A DNA stretch of 64,000 nucleotides from Candidatus Cybelea sp. (GTDB lineage Bacteria > Acidobacteriota > Terriglobia > Acidiferrales > UBA7541). The translations under genes were made by a program, and so were the position numbers. The DNA lies in the NCBI GenBank assembly GCA_035603235.1, contig DATNKU010000032.1:2249-66248 (forward strand), read 5' to 3'. Shown in pieces: positions 29,927-39,940 of the stretch. Each line of letters starts with the position of its first letter. The stretch's first letter is position 1. The notes under the pieces are model-generated. The model was given only the letters and a program-made list of their open reading frames with translations, had not been told where the DNA came from and made no database searches.

Positions 29927-31339
29927 TCACAGCGTCTTTGAAAACAGGGGCTTCTGGTCCATCTTCTGTTCCTCAATATAGCGGTCAAATACCATGGCGA
30001 TGTTGCGGATGAATATGCGCCCAATCGGCGTGACCCGAATTTCATCGCGACCCAGAATCACCAGTCCGTCAGCGGATGGGTCTGTGAGCCGCCCGAGCTC
30101 CGTGGCGAAGTACTCGTCGAAGGAAATCGAGAATTCGCGCTCGACCTCGCGCTTGGAGATAACGGTATGGCAGAGCAGGCGGCCAATCACGGCGCGGCGG
30201 ATCAGGTCGTCCGGTGAAAGCCGGTAGCCGCGCATGGTCGCGATGCCGCGCTCGGCGACGGCCGTCTGGTAGGCCGGGACCTCCCGGCGATTTTGCGCGT
30301 AGGCGTCCCCCACCGAACTGATCGCGCTCACCCCCATTCCATAGAGGTCTGCGCCCGCTTTGGTGGTGTAGCCCATGAAATTTCGATGCAACGTGCGATC
30401 GTTCTGGGCGGTCGCGAGTTCGTCATCAGGCAGTGCGAAATGGTCCATCCCGATGTAGAGATAGCCCGCGTCGATAAATCGCTCCAGACCCACGCGAAAA
30501 ATCTGGAATTTCTCACGGCCTTCTGGGAGATGCGTCGCGAACGCGCCTTGCTGCTTGCGCAACCAGGGGACATGCGCGTAGCTGAACATGGCTACGCGGT
30601 TCGGTGCGAGCGTGAGCACCTGGTCAATCGTCGCCTGAAACGTGGCCGCGGTCTGGTAGGGCAGCCCGTAAATTAGGTCAACGCTGAGGCTCTCAAAACC
30701 GAGCTCACGCGACGCAAGTATCAGGTCACGTGTCATCTCGTACGGCTGGATGCGGCGGATGGTCTCCTGCACCTTGGGCTGGAAATCCTGAATGCCCATG
30801 CTGAGCCGGTTGAATCCGAGCCGCCGGAGAGATTCCAGGTGCGCGCGGCTGGTAACCCGCGGATCCACTTCAATTCCGATTTCGGCGTCCCGCTCGAACC
30901 CAAACCGTTCAAACGCGTGGCCGAACAGATCTTCCATCTGCTCCGGCGTCAGGTACGTCGGGGTACCGCCGCCCCAGTGAAATTGAACGACAGGCCGCTT
31001 CTTCGATACCAACCCCGCCACGTGTTCGATTTCGTGCTTCAGCGCCGAGAGGTAGGGAACGGCGACGCTCTTGTCCTTCTGAATCGAGACGTTGCACGCG
31101 CAGAAAAGGCACAGACTTTCGCAGAAGGGAAGATGCATGTAAAGCGACACAGGCGTCGCAAGCGCGTCTGCCCGCGTGTAGGACTCCTCAAGGTCGCCTG
31201 GTCCGAAGTCGTCCTTCCAGACCGGTGCGGTTGGATAGCTGGTGTATCGCGGACCCGGCCGGTTGTACTTTTCGAGCAGGTCCTCTGAGACAGATGCGAC
31301 CTCGAGCCTATCGCCCGGATTGGTTTTCACGTCGCTCAC
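29927..31339 (-). CDS. hemN: oxygen-independent coproporphyrinogen III oxidase (radical SAM)
   Basis: 470 aa. GPRYTSYPTAPVW N-terminal signature of true HemN, radical-SAM CESLCLFC (CxxxCxxC) and GGGTPTYL. Confidence 0.9.
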   Translation of the reverse strand: MSDVKTNPGDRLEVASVSEDLLEKYNRPGPRYTSYPTAPVWKDDFGPGDLEESYTRADALATPVSLYMHLPFCESLCLFCACNVSIQKDKSVAVPYLSALKHEIEHVAGLVSKKRPVVQFHWGGGTPTYLTPEQMEDLFGHAFERFGFERDAEIGIEVDPRVTSRAHLESLRRLGFNRLSMGIQDFQPKVQETIRRIQPYEMTRDLILASRELGFESLSVDLIYGLPYQTAATFQATIDQVLTLAPNRVAMFSYAHVPWLRKQQGAFATHLPEGREKFQIFRVGLERFIDAGYLYIGMDHFALPDDELATAQNDRTLHRNFMGYTTKAGADLYGMGVSAISSVGDAYAQNRREVPAYQTAVAERGIATMRGYRLSPDDLIRRAVIGRLLCHTVISKREVEREFSISFDEYFATELGRLTDPSADGLVILGRDEIRVTPIGRIFIRNIAMVFDRYIEEQKMDQKPLFSKTL

Positions 31340-32388
31340 GAGCGCGCCACCACGAGCGCCGTCTTTCCTGCCTGCACAAACGCCCGCGCGTTCTCAACCG
31401 GCGTCGTCGGCAGGATCCCGTGCCCGAGATTGAGTATGTGCCCTGCGCCGCCGGTCTTCTCGATTGCCCCTCGCGCAGCCCTGCGAATTTCCTCGATCGG
31501 GCCAAGCAGAATCGACGGGTCCACGTTCCCTTGCAGCGCAACGCGAGTGCCAAGCGTTTTTCGCGCCTGGGCAAGATCGGTGTTCCAGTCCACGCTCAGC
31601 ACGTCCGCTCCCGATTTCGCCATGCTCTCCAGGTGCCGCGCCGATCCTTTGGCGAACAGAATCTTCGGCGCTCGCTCCGCAGCCAGCGCATCAAGAATCA
31701 TCTGCGTTGCCGGGAGCTCGAACGCGTCGTATTCCTCGGTTGAGAGCTTACCGGCCCAGGTGTCAAACAGCTGCACAACAGCTGCGCCCGCGGCGATCTG
31801 CGCTTTCAAATATCCCGCGGTCGCCCGGGCGATTCGCGCAAGCAGCTCGCGCACGAGTTGCGGCTCGTCTCGCAACATCTGTTTCGCCCGGGAAATATCC
31901 CCGCGCGTTTGCCCCTCGATCATATAGCAGGCAAGTGTCCATGGCGCAGCTGCGAACCCGACGACCGGTACCCTCGGACCAGCCACTTTGCAAATCGCGC
32001 GTATGGCGTCACCGACGAACCGCGTTTCCTGCTCCGGGTCAAAATCGCGCAGCTTGCTGACCGCCGCGAGATCGCGCACGGGGTTTGACAGTACCGGCCC
32101 GGAGTCGGGCACGTCGAGCGGCAGCCCCATGGCCTCGGCCACGATCAAAATATCGGAGAAGACGATGATCGCATCGACGCCCAGCACGCGATGCGGCTGG
32201 ATTGACACCTCGGCTGCGAGCTGGGGCGTCTTGCAGATCTCAAGGAACGTATGCCGGGCCCGTACTGCCTGATACTCCGGGAGATAGCGCCCGGCCTGGC
32301 GCATGATCCAGACCGGCACACGGTCGGTCGGCTGGAACCGGCAGGCATTCAGAAACAGTTCTTTCGTATTTTCGGCGGGCTGCGTCAT
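31336..32388 (-). CDS. hemE: uroporphyrinogen decarboxylase
   Basis: Track ORF trimmed to MTQPAENTKELFLNACRFQPTDRVPVWIMRQAGRYLPEY, the canonical HemE N-terminus. 4-nt overlap with the hemN start. Confidence 0.9.
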   Translation of the reverse strand: MTQPAENTKELFLNACRFQPTDRVPVWIMRQAGRYLPEYQAVRARHTFLEICKTPQLAAEVSIQPHRVLGVDAIIVFSDILIVAEAMGLPLDVPDSGPVLSNPVRDLAAVSKLRDFDPEQETRFVGDAIRAICKVAGPRVPVVGFAAAPWTLACYMIEGQTRGDISRAKQMLRDEPQLVRELLARIARATAGYLKAQIAAGAAVVQLFDTWAGKLSTEEYDAFELPATQMILDALAAERAPKILFAKGSARHLESMAKSGADVLSVDWNTDLAQARKTLGTRVALQGNVDPSILLGPIEEIRRAARGAIEKTGGAGHILNLGHGILPTTPVENARAFVQAGKTALVVARS

Positions 32389-32507
32389 CGGAATACGCGA
32401 ATCTTGAGCATCATAGCAGAAGCCCCTTGCACCCCGCATTGTCCGTAGGGACAGTAGTCTGGGCCCCGATTGGCGGTATAATCGCTTGACCGGTCCAGAC
32501 GGTTTCC

Positions 32508-33323
32508 ATGCCAAATCAAATGGGCTATCTGAGCCTCGCACTCTACGCCGCGAGCTTTCTATGCTACGCGCGGCTTCTCTACGCCCCGGACGTGTGGCTT
32601 GGGCGTCTTGCGACGCTACTACTCGCAGGCGGCATCGCGCTCCATTATTTCGCCTTGCTCCACCGCTCAATGAGCACGCACGCTATCCCGTACGACGATC
32701 TTTACGGCTCAATGTCCCTTTTCGCCTGGCTCTTGGGAATCACCTATCTGGGAGTCGAGCTCTTTCATCGCCAGCGCTCGGTGGGCGCCTTTGTGACCCT
32801 CCTCCTGGTCGTCTGGATGGCCGTCCTGGGCTGGCTCGCGCCTCATCAGATACCATCCCCGCCACCTGCGCGCGGTCCGCTTTTCGCCTTCCACATAACA
32901 CTGAATATCTGGGCCTACGCCGCCTTCGCGCTGTCCTTCGTTCTTAGCCTTGTCTACCTGGTGCAGGACCGCGTGTTGCGCTCCCACCGTGCCGGCACAG
33001 CCTTCTGGCGATTTCCCGCGCTCGACGTGCTGGATCGTATGTCGCGCAGCAGCGTTTTCATCGGCCTGGTGGCCCTGGTGTTCGGCGTTGCCAGTGGCCT
33101 GGTATGGGAGCATCGCCTGACGGGTATGTATTCCTGGGCCGACCCAAAGGTGATCGTCACGCTCCTGATTGTCGGCGTCTACATCGCCTACCTGATGCTG
33201 TCGCGCACCTCGGGTTGGCGCGGCGCAAGGGCTGCTTTGGTCTGCACACTCAATTTCGCGATTGTTCTGTTCAGCTATACCCTGGTGAACTTGTATCTCA
33301 CAAGGTTTCACCGCTTCTTGTAA
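32508..33323 (+). CDS. CcsA-family cytochrome c assembly-like membrane protein (HemX-like position upstream of hemA)
   Basis: 271 aa and about 8 TM helices. Trp-rich segment GMYSWADPKVIVTL resembles the W-x-WDPKE heme-handling motif. Its stop overlaps the hemA start (TAATG). Confidence 0.7.
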   Translation: MPNQMGYLSLALYAASFLCYARLLYAPDVWLGRLATLLLAGGIALHYFALLHRSMSTHAIPYDDLYGSMSLFAWLLGITYLGVELFHRQRSVGAFVTLLLVVWMAVLGWLAPHQIPSPPPARGPLFAFHITLNIWAYAAFALSFVLSLVYLVQDRVLRSHRAGTAFWRFPALDVLDRMSRSSVFIGLVALVFGVASGLVWEHRLTGMYSWADPKVIVTLLIVGVYIAYLMLSRTSGWRGARAALVCTLNFAIVLFSYTLVNLYLTRFHRFL

Positions 33324-34681
33324 TGGCTACGGCTTCCAACTCGAATAGCCCCGCCACAGGTCGCGCACCAGGCGGCATACGCGTCGCGCTGATTGGCTGC
33401 AACCATCGCACGGCACCGGTCGAGCTCCGCGAACGCGTCGCCTTCACCGGTGAACAAGCGCTCGATGCCGCAGGCGAGCTCCGTCGCCGGGGCATCCTCG
33501 AGGAAGCTGTCGTTCTCTCCACGTGCAACCGCAGCGAGCTGTACGGCGTGCCCGCAGCCGCAGGTTCTGCAGTCACCGAAGAAATGGAAGAGTTCCTCAC
33601 GTCGTTCCACCGCATTTCGCGTGCCGAGCTGCAAGGCCGTCTGTACCGCTGGGAGGGAACCGAGGCCGTCCGCCATCTTTATCGCGTGGCTGCGGGCCTT
33701 GATTCGATGCTGCTCGGTGAAGCCGAAATCCTGGGCCAACTTCGCACGGCGTATGGCCAGGCGCTCGACCACGGTTCAACCGGCCCGATACTCAACCGCG
33801 CCTTTCAGGGCGCACTGGAAGTCGGCAAACGCGTTCGCGCGGAAACCGAGGTTGGCGCGCGGCCGATGTCTGTTTCATTGGCAGGCGTAAAGCTCGCCGA
33901 GCGAGTGTTCGGCAATCTCAAAGGCCGCGCCGCTCTGATCTTGGGCGCAGGGGCAGTTGCCGAGCAAGTCGTCGAGCATCTCCGCAATCGCCATATCGGC
34001 AGCTTGCGCGTCGTCAACCGTTCACAGGACCGCGCGGCAGATCTCGCCCAGCGCATGGGTGGGGAAGCGGTCGCCTGGGACGCGCTCGAGACTGCCCTCG
34101 CGGCGCCCGACATCATCGTCACTTCGGTTGGCTCAACTGGCGTAGTCGTGTCGCGGGAAATGCTTGAACGCTCGATTGCCGCCCGTGGCGGCCGGCCCGT
34201 CTTCGTGGTCGATCTCGGCGTCCCGCGCAATGTCGCTTCAGAGTCCGCCGGACTTTATAACCTGTATCTTTACAATATCGACGACCTGGGCGAGATCGTC
34301 GAGCAGAACAAGCGCGCGCGCGAGGCCGAACTCCCGCGTGCCGAAGCGTTGATCACCGAACACGTTGCGAAATTTGAAGCCTGGCGCACGGCACTTGAGA
34401 CTGGGTCGATCGTGGAGGATCTCCGCGGCCGATTTCGCAAGCACCGCGAGGTGCTGCTGCGGGAGCGGCTGGGCGAGATGAACAACCTTTCACCCCAGGA
34501 GCGCGAGCGCCTTTCCAGCATCACCGAGGAACTGATCGAGCGCGTTCTCGACGAGCCCGCCGAGCGCCTGCGCAACGCCCGCGAAATGCGCGGCCGCCTG
34601 GGCGCAATTGAAGCTCTCCGCCACCTGTTCGGGATCGACCGCGATACCGACAAGGGCGGAAAAGGCGGGAGCGGGGAGTGA
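33323..34681 (+). CDS. hemA: glutamyl-tRNA reductase
   Basis: Track ORF trimmed to MATASNS...IRVALIGCNHRTAPVELRE. STCNRSELY active-site Cys block and a GAGAVAE NADPH site. Confidence 0.9.
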   Translation: MATASNSNSPATGRAPGGIRVALIGCNHRTAPVELRERVAFTGEQALDAAGELRRRGILEEAVVLSTCNRSELYGVPAAAGSAVTEEMEEFLTSFHRISRAELQGRLYRWEGTEAVRHLYRVAAGLDSMLLGEAEILGQLRTAYGQALDHGSTGPILNRAFQGALEVGKRVRAETEVGARPMSVSLAGVKLAERVFGNLKGRAALILGAGAVAEQVVEHLRNRHIGSLRVVNRSQDRAADLAQRMGGEAVAWDALETALAAPDIIVTSVGSTGVVVSREMLERSIAARGGRPVFVVDLGVPRNVASESAGLYNLYLYNIDDLGEIVEQNKRAREAELPRAEALITEHVAKFEAWRTALETGSIVEDLRGRFRKHREVLLRERLGEMNNLSPQERERLSSITEELIERVLDEPAERLRNAREMRGRLGAIEALRHLFGIDRDTDKGGKGGSGE

Positions 34682-35634
34682 GCCGGCTGCGGATCGGAAC
34701 GCGCGGTAGCACACTCGCGCTCTGGCAGGCCAACCATATCGCCGATCGCCTCGCGAAACTGGGCGGCGTTGAGACCGAGATCATTCGCATACGCACTTCA
34801 GGCGATCGCATGCAATCCGCACCTGTCGCGCAGATCAACGAGCAGATTGGCGCGGAATCGGGAGGGAAGGGAATCTTCATCAAGGAACTCGAAGACGCCC
34901 TGCTTGAGGACAAGATCGATCTCGCAGTCCACAGCATGAAGGATGTCCCTACGGAGATTCCGACAGGCCTTGCGTTTGGGGCGATCACGCGGCGCGAAGA
35001 CCCGCGCGATTGCCTGGTTTCGCGAAGCGGTCGCAGCCTGAAAGGACTTCCGCCCGGCGCCCGCATCGGCACGAGCAGTTTGCGCCGCCAGGCCCAGCTT
35101 CGCCACAATCGCCCCGATCTTGAAGCGGTTGATCTGCGCGGGAACGTGGACACGCGCCTGAAAAAACTCGATGCCGGCGAGTTCGATGCGATTGTCCTGG
35201 CCGTTGCCGGTGTGAACCGCCTCGGTGCGACTTCCCGAGTCACCCAGATCATGAATGCTGATGTCATGCTGCCGGCGGTCGGTCAGGGCGCGCTGGGAAT
35301 CGAAACCCGCGCGGACGACCCCTCGACCCAGGCTCTCGTCGCAACTCTTGACGACGCCGAGTCGCGCGCCTGCGTCACGGCCGAGCGCGCTCTTCTGCAT
35401 GAACTGCAGGGCGGATGCCAGGTGCCGCTGGGTGCCTGGGCTCGTCTCCTAGGCGGCGAATTGCATCTCGAAGCCGGCGTTTTTTCAGCGGACGGTACCG
35501 AATCGGCGCGGCGCGAACACCGCGGCCCGGTGTCGGATCCTTCCGGGGCAGGGAAGCGGCTGGGCCAAATTCTCCTCGAGGCGGGCGCGGCGAGAATTCT
35601 GCGCCTCGCGGGAAGAACGGTTGGACAAACATGA
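34678..35634 (+). CDS. hemC: hydroxymethylbilane synthase (porphobilinogen deaminase)
   Basis: 318 aa. GTG start overlapping the hemA stop (GTGA). LRIGTRGSTLALWQA, RGNVDTRL and ERALLHELQGGCQVP blocks. Confidence 0.9.
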   Translation: MSRLRIGTRGSTLALWQANHIADRLAKLGGVETEIIRIRTSGDRMQSAPVAQINEQIGAESGGKGIFIKELEDALLEDKIDLAVHSMKDVPTEIPTGLAFGAITRREDPRDCLVSRSGRSLKGLPPGARIGTSSLRRQAQLRHNRPDLEAVDLRGNVDTRLKKLDAGEFDAIVLAVAGVNRLGATSRVTQIMNADVMLPAVGQGALGIETRADDPSTQALVATLDDAESRACVTAERALLHELQGGCQVPLGAWARLLGGELHLEAGVFSADGTESARREHRGPVSDPSGAGKRLGQILLEAGAARILRLAGRTVGQT

Positions 35635-36434
35635 TTGACGCTTCTGCAAAACCACTGGAAGGCAAACGGATCGTCGTTACGCGCGCGCCCGATCAGGCCG
35701 GAGAGCTAATCCGCACACTCGAACACATGGGCGCCGAAATCGTAGCCTTGCCCGCGGTCGCGTTTGAGTCCCCTGAAGATTCAAAGGCGCTCGACCGTGC
35801 GCTCGCCCAACTCCGTACGTTTGACTGGGTACTGTTCACAAGCCAGAATGCGGTACGATTTGTCGCACTGCGCCTCGAACAAGCCGGCATTCCGCCGGTT
35901 GTTCGCCAGGTTGCGGCCGTCGGCCCGGCAACGGAGGAAGCGGCCAAGCTGCAAGGATTTCATGTGAACTACGTCGCGACCAATCACACGGCGCATTCTC
36001 TTGCGAAGGAATTGCGAGACGCGTTCACAGGCCGGAGGGTATTTCTGCCGCAAAGCGATCGCGCGGGGGACCACCTGGCGATCGCTCTGCGCGAAGGTGG
36101 CGCGCAGGTTACCGATGTCGTTGCCTACCGGACCGTTGCGCCCGAAGCACCGGACCAGTCCGCCCTGGACCGTATTCGCGCCGCCGAGATTGATGTCACT
36201 ATTTTCGCAAGCCCCTCGGCCTTCCACAATCTGGATAGCTTTCTTGGCCCAGGCGAACTCGCGAAGCTCGCCGAACGCGTCCAGTTCGCCGCGATCGGAC
36301 CCACAACCGCCAAGGCTATGCGCGAGTCAGGCGTTCGCGTGCACATCGAAGCCGAGGAAGCGTCCGCTACGGGCCTTGCCGACGCCATCGCGAAGTATTA
36401 TCTCGAGCGGCCCGGCCATGCGAGGCAACCGTGA
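35631..36434 (+). CDS. hemD: uroporphyrinogen-III synthase
   Basis: Track ORF trimmed to the ATG at 35631 (ATGA overlap with the hemC stop). [33 protein letters not shown] is a typical HemD start. Position between hemC and hemB. Confidence 0.8.
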   Translation: MIDASAKPLEGKRIVVTRAPDQAGELIRTLEHMGAEIVALPAVAFESPEDSKALDRALAQLRTFDWVLFTSQNAVRFVALRLEQAGIPPVVRQVAAVGPATEEAAKLQGFHVNYVATNHTAHSLAKELRDAFTGRRVFLPQSDRAGDHLAIALREGGAQVTDVVAYRTVAPEAPDQSALDRIRAAEIDVTIFASPSAFHNLDSFLGPGELAKLAERVQFAAIGPTTAKAMRESGVRVHIEAEEASATGLADAIAKYYLERPGHARQP

Positions 36435-37408
36435 CTTTCCCGACTCATCGTCCCCGCCGCCTGCGCCGCACCGAGCGATTGCGCGGTCTGGTGCGCGAGA
36501 CCAGGCTCTCGACGAGCGGCCTGGTCTATCCCATGTTCGCGTGTCCGGGAAACAACGTTCGCACCGAAGTCAGCTCCATGCCCGGCGTCTTTCAGCAATC
36601 ACCCGATCAAATCGTCGAGGAGTGCCGGGAAGTCGCAGGGCTGGGAATCCCGGCGGTGATTCTTTTCGGGCTGCCCGAGAAGAAGGATGAGACCGGCAGC
36701 GAGGCCGCCTCTCCAACAGCCGCCGTCCAGCGGTCAATTGAAGCGATCCGCAAAGCCAAGCTCGATCTCGTGGTGATTACCGATGTCTGCCTGTGCGAAT
36801 ACACCAGCCACGGCCACTGCGGTGTCATAAAGGACGGCGAAGTCCTGAATGATCCCAGTATCGCGCTTCTCGCCGACGCAGCGCTTTCGCACGTCCGTGC
36901 GGGCGCGGACGTCGTCGCGCCTTCCGATATGATGGATGGCCGCGTGGCAGCCATCCGCCAGAAGCTTGACGAAAACAAATTCTCCGACGTCGCCATTCTC
37001 TCTTATGCTGCGAAGTACTGCTCCGCGTTTTACGGTCCTTTCCGCGAAGCCGCGCAGTCCACGCCCCAATTCGGGGATCGCCGCAGCTACCAGATGGATC
37101 CCGCCAATGCCCGCGAAGCGCTCAGGGAAGTGGAGCTCGACCTCGAGGAAGGTGCGGACATCATCATGGTCAAGCCCGCCCTGCCGTATCTGGACATCAT
37201 CGCCCGCGTCCGCGAGCGGTTCGACGTGCCTGTCGCCGCCTACAACGTCAGCGCTGAATATTCGATGGTGAAAGCGGCCGCCCGCAACGGCTGGATTGAC
37301 GAGCAGCGCATAGTGCTTGAGATCATGACCAGCATCCAGCGCGCCGGCGCGTCCACAGTCCTCACCTATCACGCCAAAGACGTCGCCCGCTGGCTCGGCA
37401 AGTGCTAG
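36431..37408 (+). CDS. hemB: porphobilinogen synthase (delta-aminolevulinate dehydratase), Zn-type
   Basis: 325 aa. GTG start overlapping the hemD stop. RPRRLRR N-terminus, Cys-rich metal site [14 protein letters not shown], and active-site Lys contexts ([15 protein letters not shown]). Confidence 0.9.
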   Translation: MTFPTHRPRRLRRTERLRGLVRETRLSTSGLVYPMFACPGNNVRTEVSSMPGVFQQSPDQIVEECREVAGLGIPAVILFGLPEKKDETGSEAASPTAAVQRSIEAIRKAKLDLVVITDVCLCEYTSHGHCGVIKDGEVLNDPSIALLADAALSHVRAGADVVAPSDMMDGRVAAIRQKLDENKFSDVAILSYAAKYCSAFYGPFREAAQSTPQFGDRRSYQMDPANAREALREVELDLEEGADIIMVKPALPYLDIIARVRERFDVPVAAYNVSAEYSMVKAAARNGWIDEQRIVLEIMTSIQRAGASTVLTYHAKDVARWLGKC

Positions 37409-37507
37409 GGTTTGCGGTTGCCTAACCGTCGGCCCCCCGCGAGTTCTTCCACCGGAAGGTGGTCTGATTTTGTCTTTCTCTCCCGCCATCCGTAATATGA
37501 TTTCCCT

Positions 37508-38797
37508 GTGAGCAACTCGTCTGATCTGTTTTCCCGCGCCCAGAAAATTCTCGTCGGCGGCGTGAATAGCCCGGTCCGTGCATTCCGGGCGGTTGGCGGA
37601 ACACCGCTCATTATCGAGCGCGGTGCGGGGTCGCGGCTGTGGGACGTTGAGGGACGCGAATTCATTGACTACGTCTGCTCCTGGGGCGCGCTCATTTTAG
37701 GCCACGCCCATCCCGACGTTGTACGGGCCGTCGCGGAGCAAGCCGCTCGCGGGACAAGCTACGGGATGACCTCGCCGCTTGAGATCGAGCTCGGCGAACG
37801 GATTGCCGGCGCCGTCGGTTCGATCGAGCGTATTCGTTTCGTCAGCTCAGGCACCGAGGCGACGATGTCTGCTGTGCGCGTCGCGCGCGCGTTCACCGGG
37901 CGGGACCTGATTCTCAAGTTTGAGGGCGGCTACCACGGCCACGCCGATAGTTTCCTTGTGGAAGCCGGCTCCGGCCTCGCGACCCTCGGGATTTCATCGA
38001 GCCCGGGCGTTCCCCAGGCGCTTGCACAACTTACGCTCAACGCTCCTTTTGGCGATATCGCCGCGGTCGAGCGAATTTTCTCGCAGCATAAAGGCAAGAT
38101 CGCGGCCGTTATTGTCGAACCAGTCGCCGCCAACATGGGAGTCGTGTCCCCTGCGCCTGAATTTCTTGCAGCGCTTCGGCGCACGACCGAGGCCGATCAG
38201 GCCCTTCTTATTTTCGACGAGGTCATAACCGGTTTCCGCCTGGCCTACGGCGGCGCCGAGATTTCATTCGGGGTCCGTCCCGATATCACCGTACTCGGCA
38301 AGATCATAGGCGGCGGCCTGCCGGTTGCAGCCTACGGCGGACGTCGAGAACTCATGGAAACCGTAGCGCCTCTAGGGAGCGTCTATCAGGCGGGGACGCT
38401 TTCCGGCAATCCGCTTGCGATGCGCGCCGGACTTGCGACTTTGCCGCTGCTTGAGGCGCCCGGTTTCTATCCCGCGCTCAATGCGAAGGCCGCCCGGCTG
38501 GCTGCGGGGCTTCGCGCCGCACTCGCCGAGTCCGGCGTGCTTGGTGAAATCAATATCTCGGGCTCGCTGCTTACACTGTTTTTTGTCCCGTCACCGGTCC
38601 GCGATTATGCCGGGGCCAAGCGATCCAACACGGCTCGATTCGCGGCCTTTTTCCGCGGAATGCTGGCACGCGGAATTCTCCTGCCGCCATCGCAGTTCGA
38701 AGCTCTGTTCGTATCCGCGGCCCATACGGACGAGGACATCGACCGAACAATCGAGGCGGCTCGCGCAAGCCTCCGCGCAGTCTCCTCTATAAATTGA
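37508..38797 (+). CDS. hemL: glutamate-1-semialdehyde 2,1-aminomutase
   Basis: 429 aa. GGVNSPVRAF, SGTEATM, FEGGYHGH and GKIIGGGLP (PLP Lys) blocks. Confidence 0.9.
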   Translation: MSNSSDLFSRAQKILVGGVNSPVRAFRAVGGTPLIIERGAGSRLWDVEGREFIDYVCSWGALILGHAHPDVVRAVAEQAARGTSYGMTSPLEIELGERIAGAVGSIERIRFVSSGTEATMSAVRVARAFTGRDLILKFEGGYHGHADSFLVEAGSGLATLGISSSPGVPQALAQLTLNAPFGDIAAVERIFSQHKGKIAAVIVEPVAANMGVVSPAPEFLAALRRTTEADQALLIFDEVITGFRLAYGGAEISFGVRPDITVLGKIIGGGLPVAAYGGRRELMETVAPLGSVYQAGTLSGNPLAMRAGLATLPLLEAPGFYPALNAKAARLAAGLRAALAESGVLGEINISGSLLTLFFVPSPVRDYAGAKRSNTARFAAFFRGMLARGILLPPSQFEALFVSAAHTDEDIDRTIEAARASLRAVSSIN

Positions 38798-39071
38798 TTC
38801 GGCGGTTCAGAACTCCCGAGCTTCCTGCCGTTTCAAAACAATGAAAATAAATTGGTTGATAGGCAAGTACTGGGAGTTTCGCCTGAATTTCGAGTTTCTT
38901 GGCAAATAGTGGAAAAGCGCTTCCACCGCCGCTGTACTTGGCCGGCTAGTTTCCCTCGAAGATCGGCTTGCGCGCTGGCCTTTGCTGAAAATAGGGCAGT
39001 TACATTTAGGGTGTCATGGTACTGCCCGTGCACTTCTTCCCTGCGAGTCGCAAAAGGAGATTCTCCCTTTC

Positions 39072-39695
39072 ATGATGTTGGCCATCGCAGCACTGTTTTT
39101 TCAGTTCGCCCCAGCCATCGCCGCTCCTACCGATGTTGACCCCGGATCGATGGTTCCCGCTGCGAAATCAGCCCCCGCGCCAATCGCCGGGGAAGTCAGG
39201 CCCGACCAAGCGAAACTCTCTACCACTTCAGCATCTGCACAGGACGATCCAGATCGAGCGGTAGCAGGCACGCTGACTGTAGCTTCCCTTGAGACTGCCG
39301 CGCGGAACTCCCAGGAGCTTTCAAGCATCCGCCTCCCGGACTCTCCCTCGGCAAAGCCCGATCAGGTGATCTCCGCGACGCAGTACCCGCGCCGAAATTG
39401 GCTGCTCCTGTCGATTGCGCAGCACAGCGCTGCAGCGTTTGACGCCTATTCAACCCGGCAGGCCATCGGGACTGGCGCGATCGAAGCCGACCCTTTCCTG
39501 CGACCCTTTTCGCATTCTCCGGGACTTTATGCCGCGATCCAGGTCGGTCCGGTCATCCTGGATTACGCCGCTCGCCGCATGCAGCGCAGCAACAACAGTT
39601 TCATCCGCCGCAGCTGGTGGGTTCCGCAGACGGCCAGCACCGGGATGTACCTGTTTTCAGGCATCCACAACATGAGCTTGTCGAACCGACATTAA
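39072..39695 (+). CDS. hypothetical exported/membrane protein (DUF5658-like C-terminal region)
   Basis: Track ORF trimmed to MMLAIAALFFQFAPAIAAP (signal-like), with AAGGAG upstream. The C-terminal part has hydrophobic segments and a FDAYSTRQAIGTGAIEADPF pattern, reminiscent of DUF5658 as I recall it. Confidence 0.5.
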   Translation: MMLAIAALFFQFAPAIAAPTDVDPGSMVPAAKSAPAPIAGEVRPDQAKLSTTSASAQDDPDRAVAGTLTVASLETAARNSQELSSIRLPDSPSAKPDQVISATQYPRRNWLLLSIAQHSAAAFDAYSTRQAIGTGAIEADPFLRPFSHSPGLYAAIQVGPVILDYAARRMQRSNNSFIRRSWWVPQTASTGMYLFSGIHNMSLSNRH

Positions 39696-39748
39696 ACAAC
39701 GAGTTTCTCTCTCAGTGGCGTTTCTCCCTGGCGGGGAGTAAAGAAGGC

Positions 39749-39784
39749 AAACACCCGGGTCCTCCTCCCGGGTGTTTTGCTGTT
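39749..39784 (+). terminator. intrinsic terminator
   Basis: Perfect 11-bp stem AAACACCCGGG (39749-39759) / CCCGGGTGTTT (39767-39777) with a 7-nt loop, then TGCTGTT. A T8 run lies 15 nt further on. Confidence 0.6.
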
Positions 39785-39940
39785 CGGGCTCTTTTTTTTG
39801 CAGAAATCCAAAATACCACTTTCCTTCTCGGCATAACCACGTATTATGTGCGCCACTGTTGCGTGGGTTTTGTATTGAAGACCGCTCGGTCGTCGATACC
39901 GCCCGACAGATTGTTATTCCAGATTCACTTTGGAAGCGGA

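Noticed and set aside
31336-32670. Long N-terminal extensions of track ORFs. Examples are hemE +94 aa, hemA +73 aa, hemD +72 aa, hemY +45 aa, LON-N +80 aa, TPR +49 aa, ubiD +87 aa, the TonB-dependent receptor about +108 aa and the adhesin +169 aa.
   Set aside because: The extensions are Arg/Pro/Ser-rich and overlap the neighbouring gene or its antisense strand. Internal starts reproduce canonical family N-termini and give 1- to 4-nt coupling overlaps or Shine-Dalgarno sequences.
39786-39940. Possible cobalamin riboswitch in front of the TonB-dependent receptor. The region contains AAATCC, GCGCCACTGT and GAAGACCGCTCGG, which resemble the AAUCC, GCCACUG and B12-box GAAGACCUGCC elements.
   Set aside because: The GGGAA/GGUG core elements are absent. 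The AAUCC-to-GCCACUG spacing (about 45 nt) is much too long, the region is only about 150 nt and AT-rich, and no consistent P1-P6 pairing could be drawn. A cmsearch with RF00174 would settle it.
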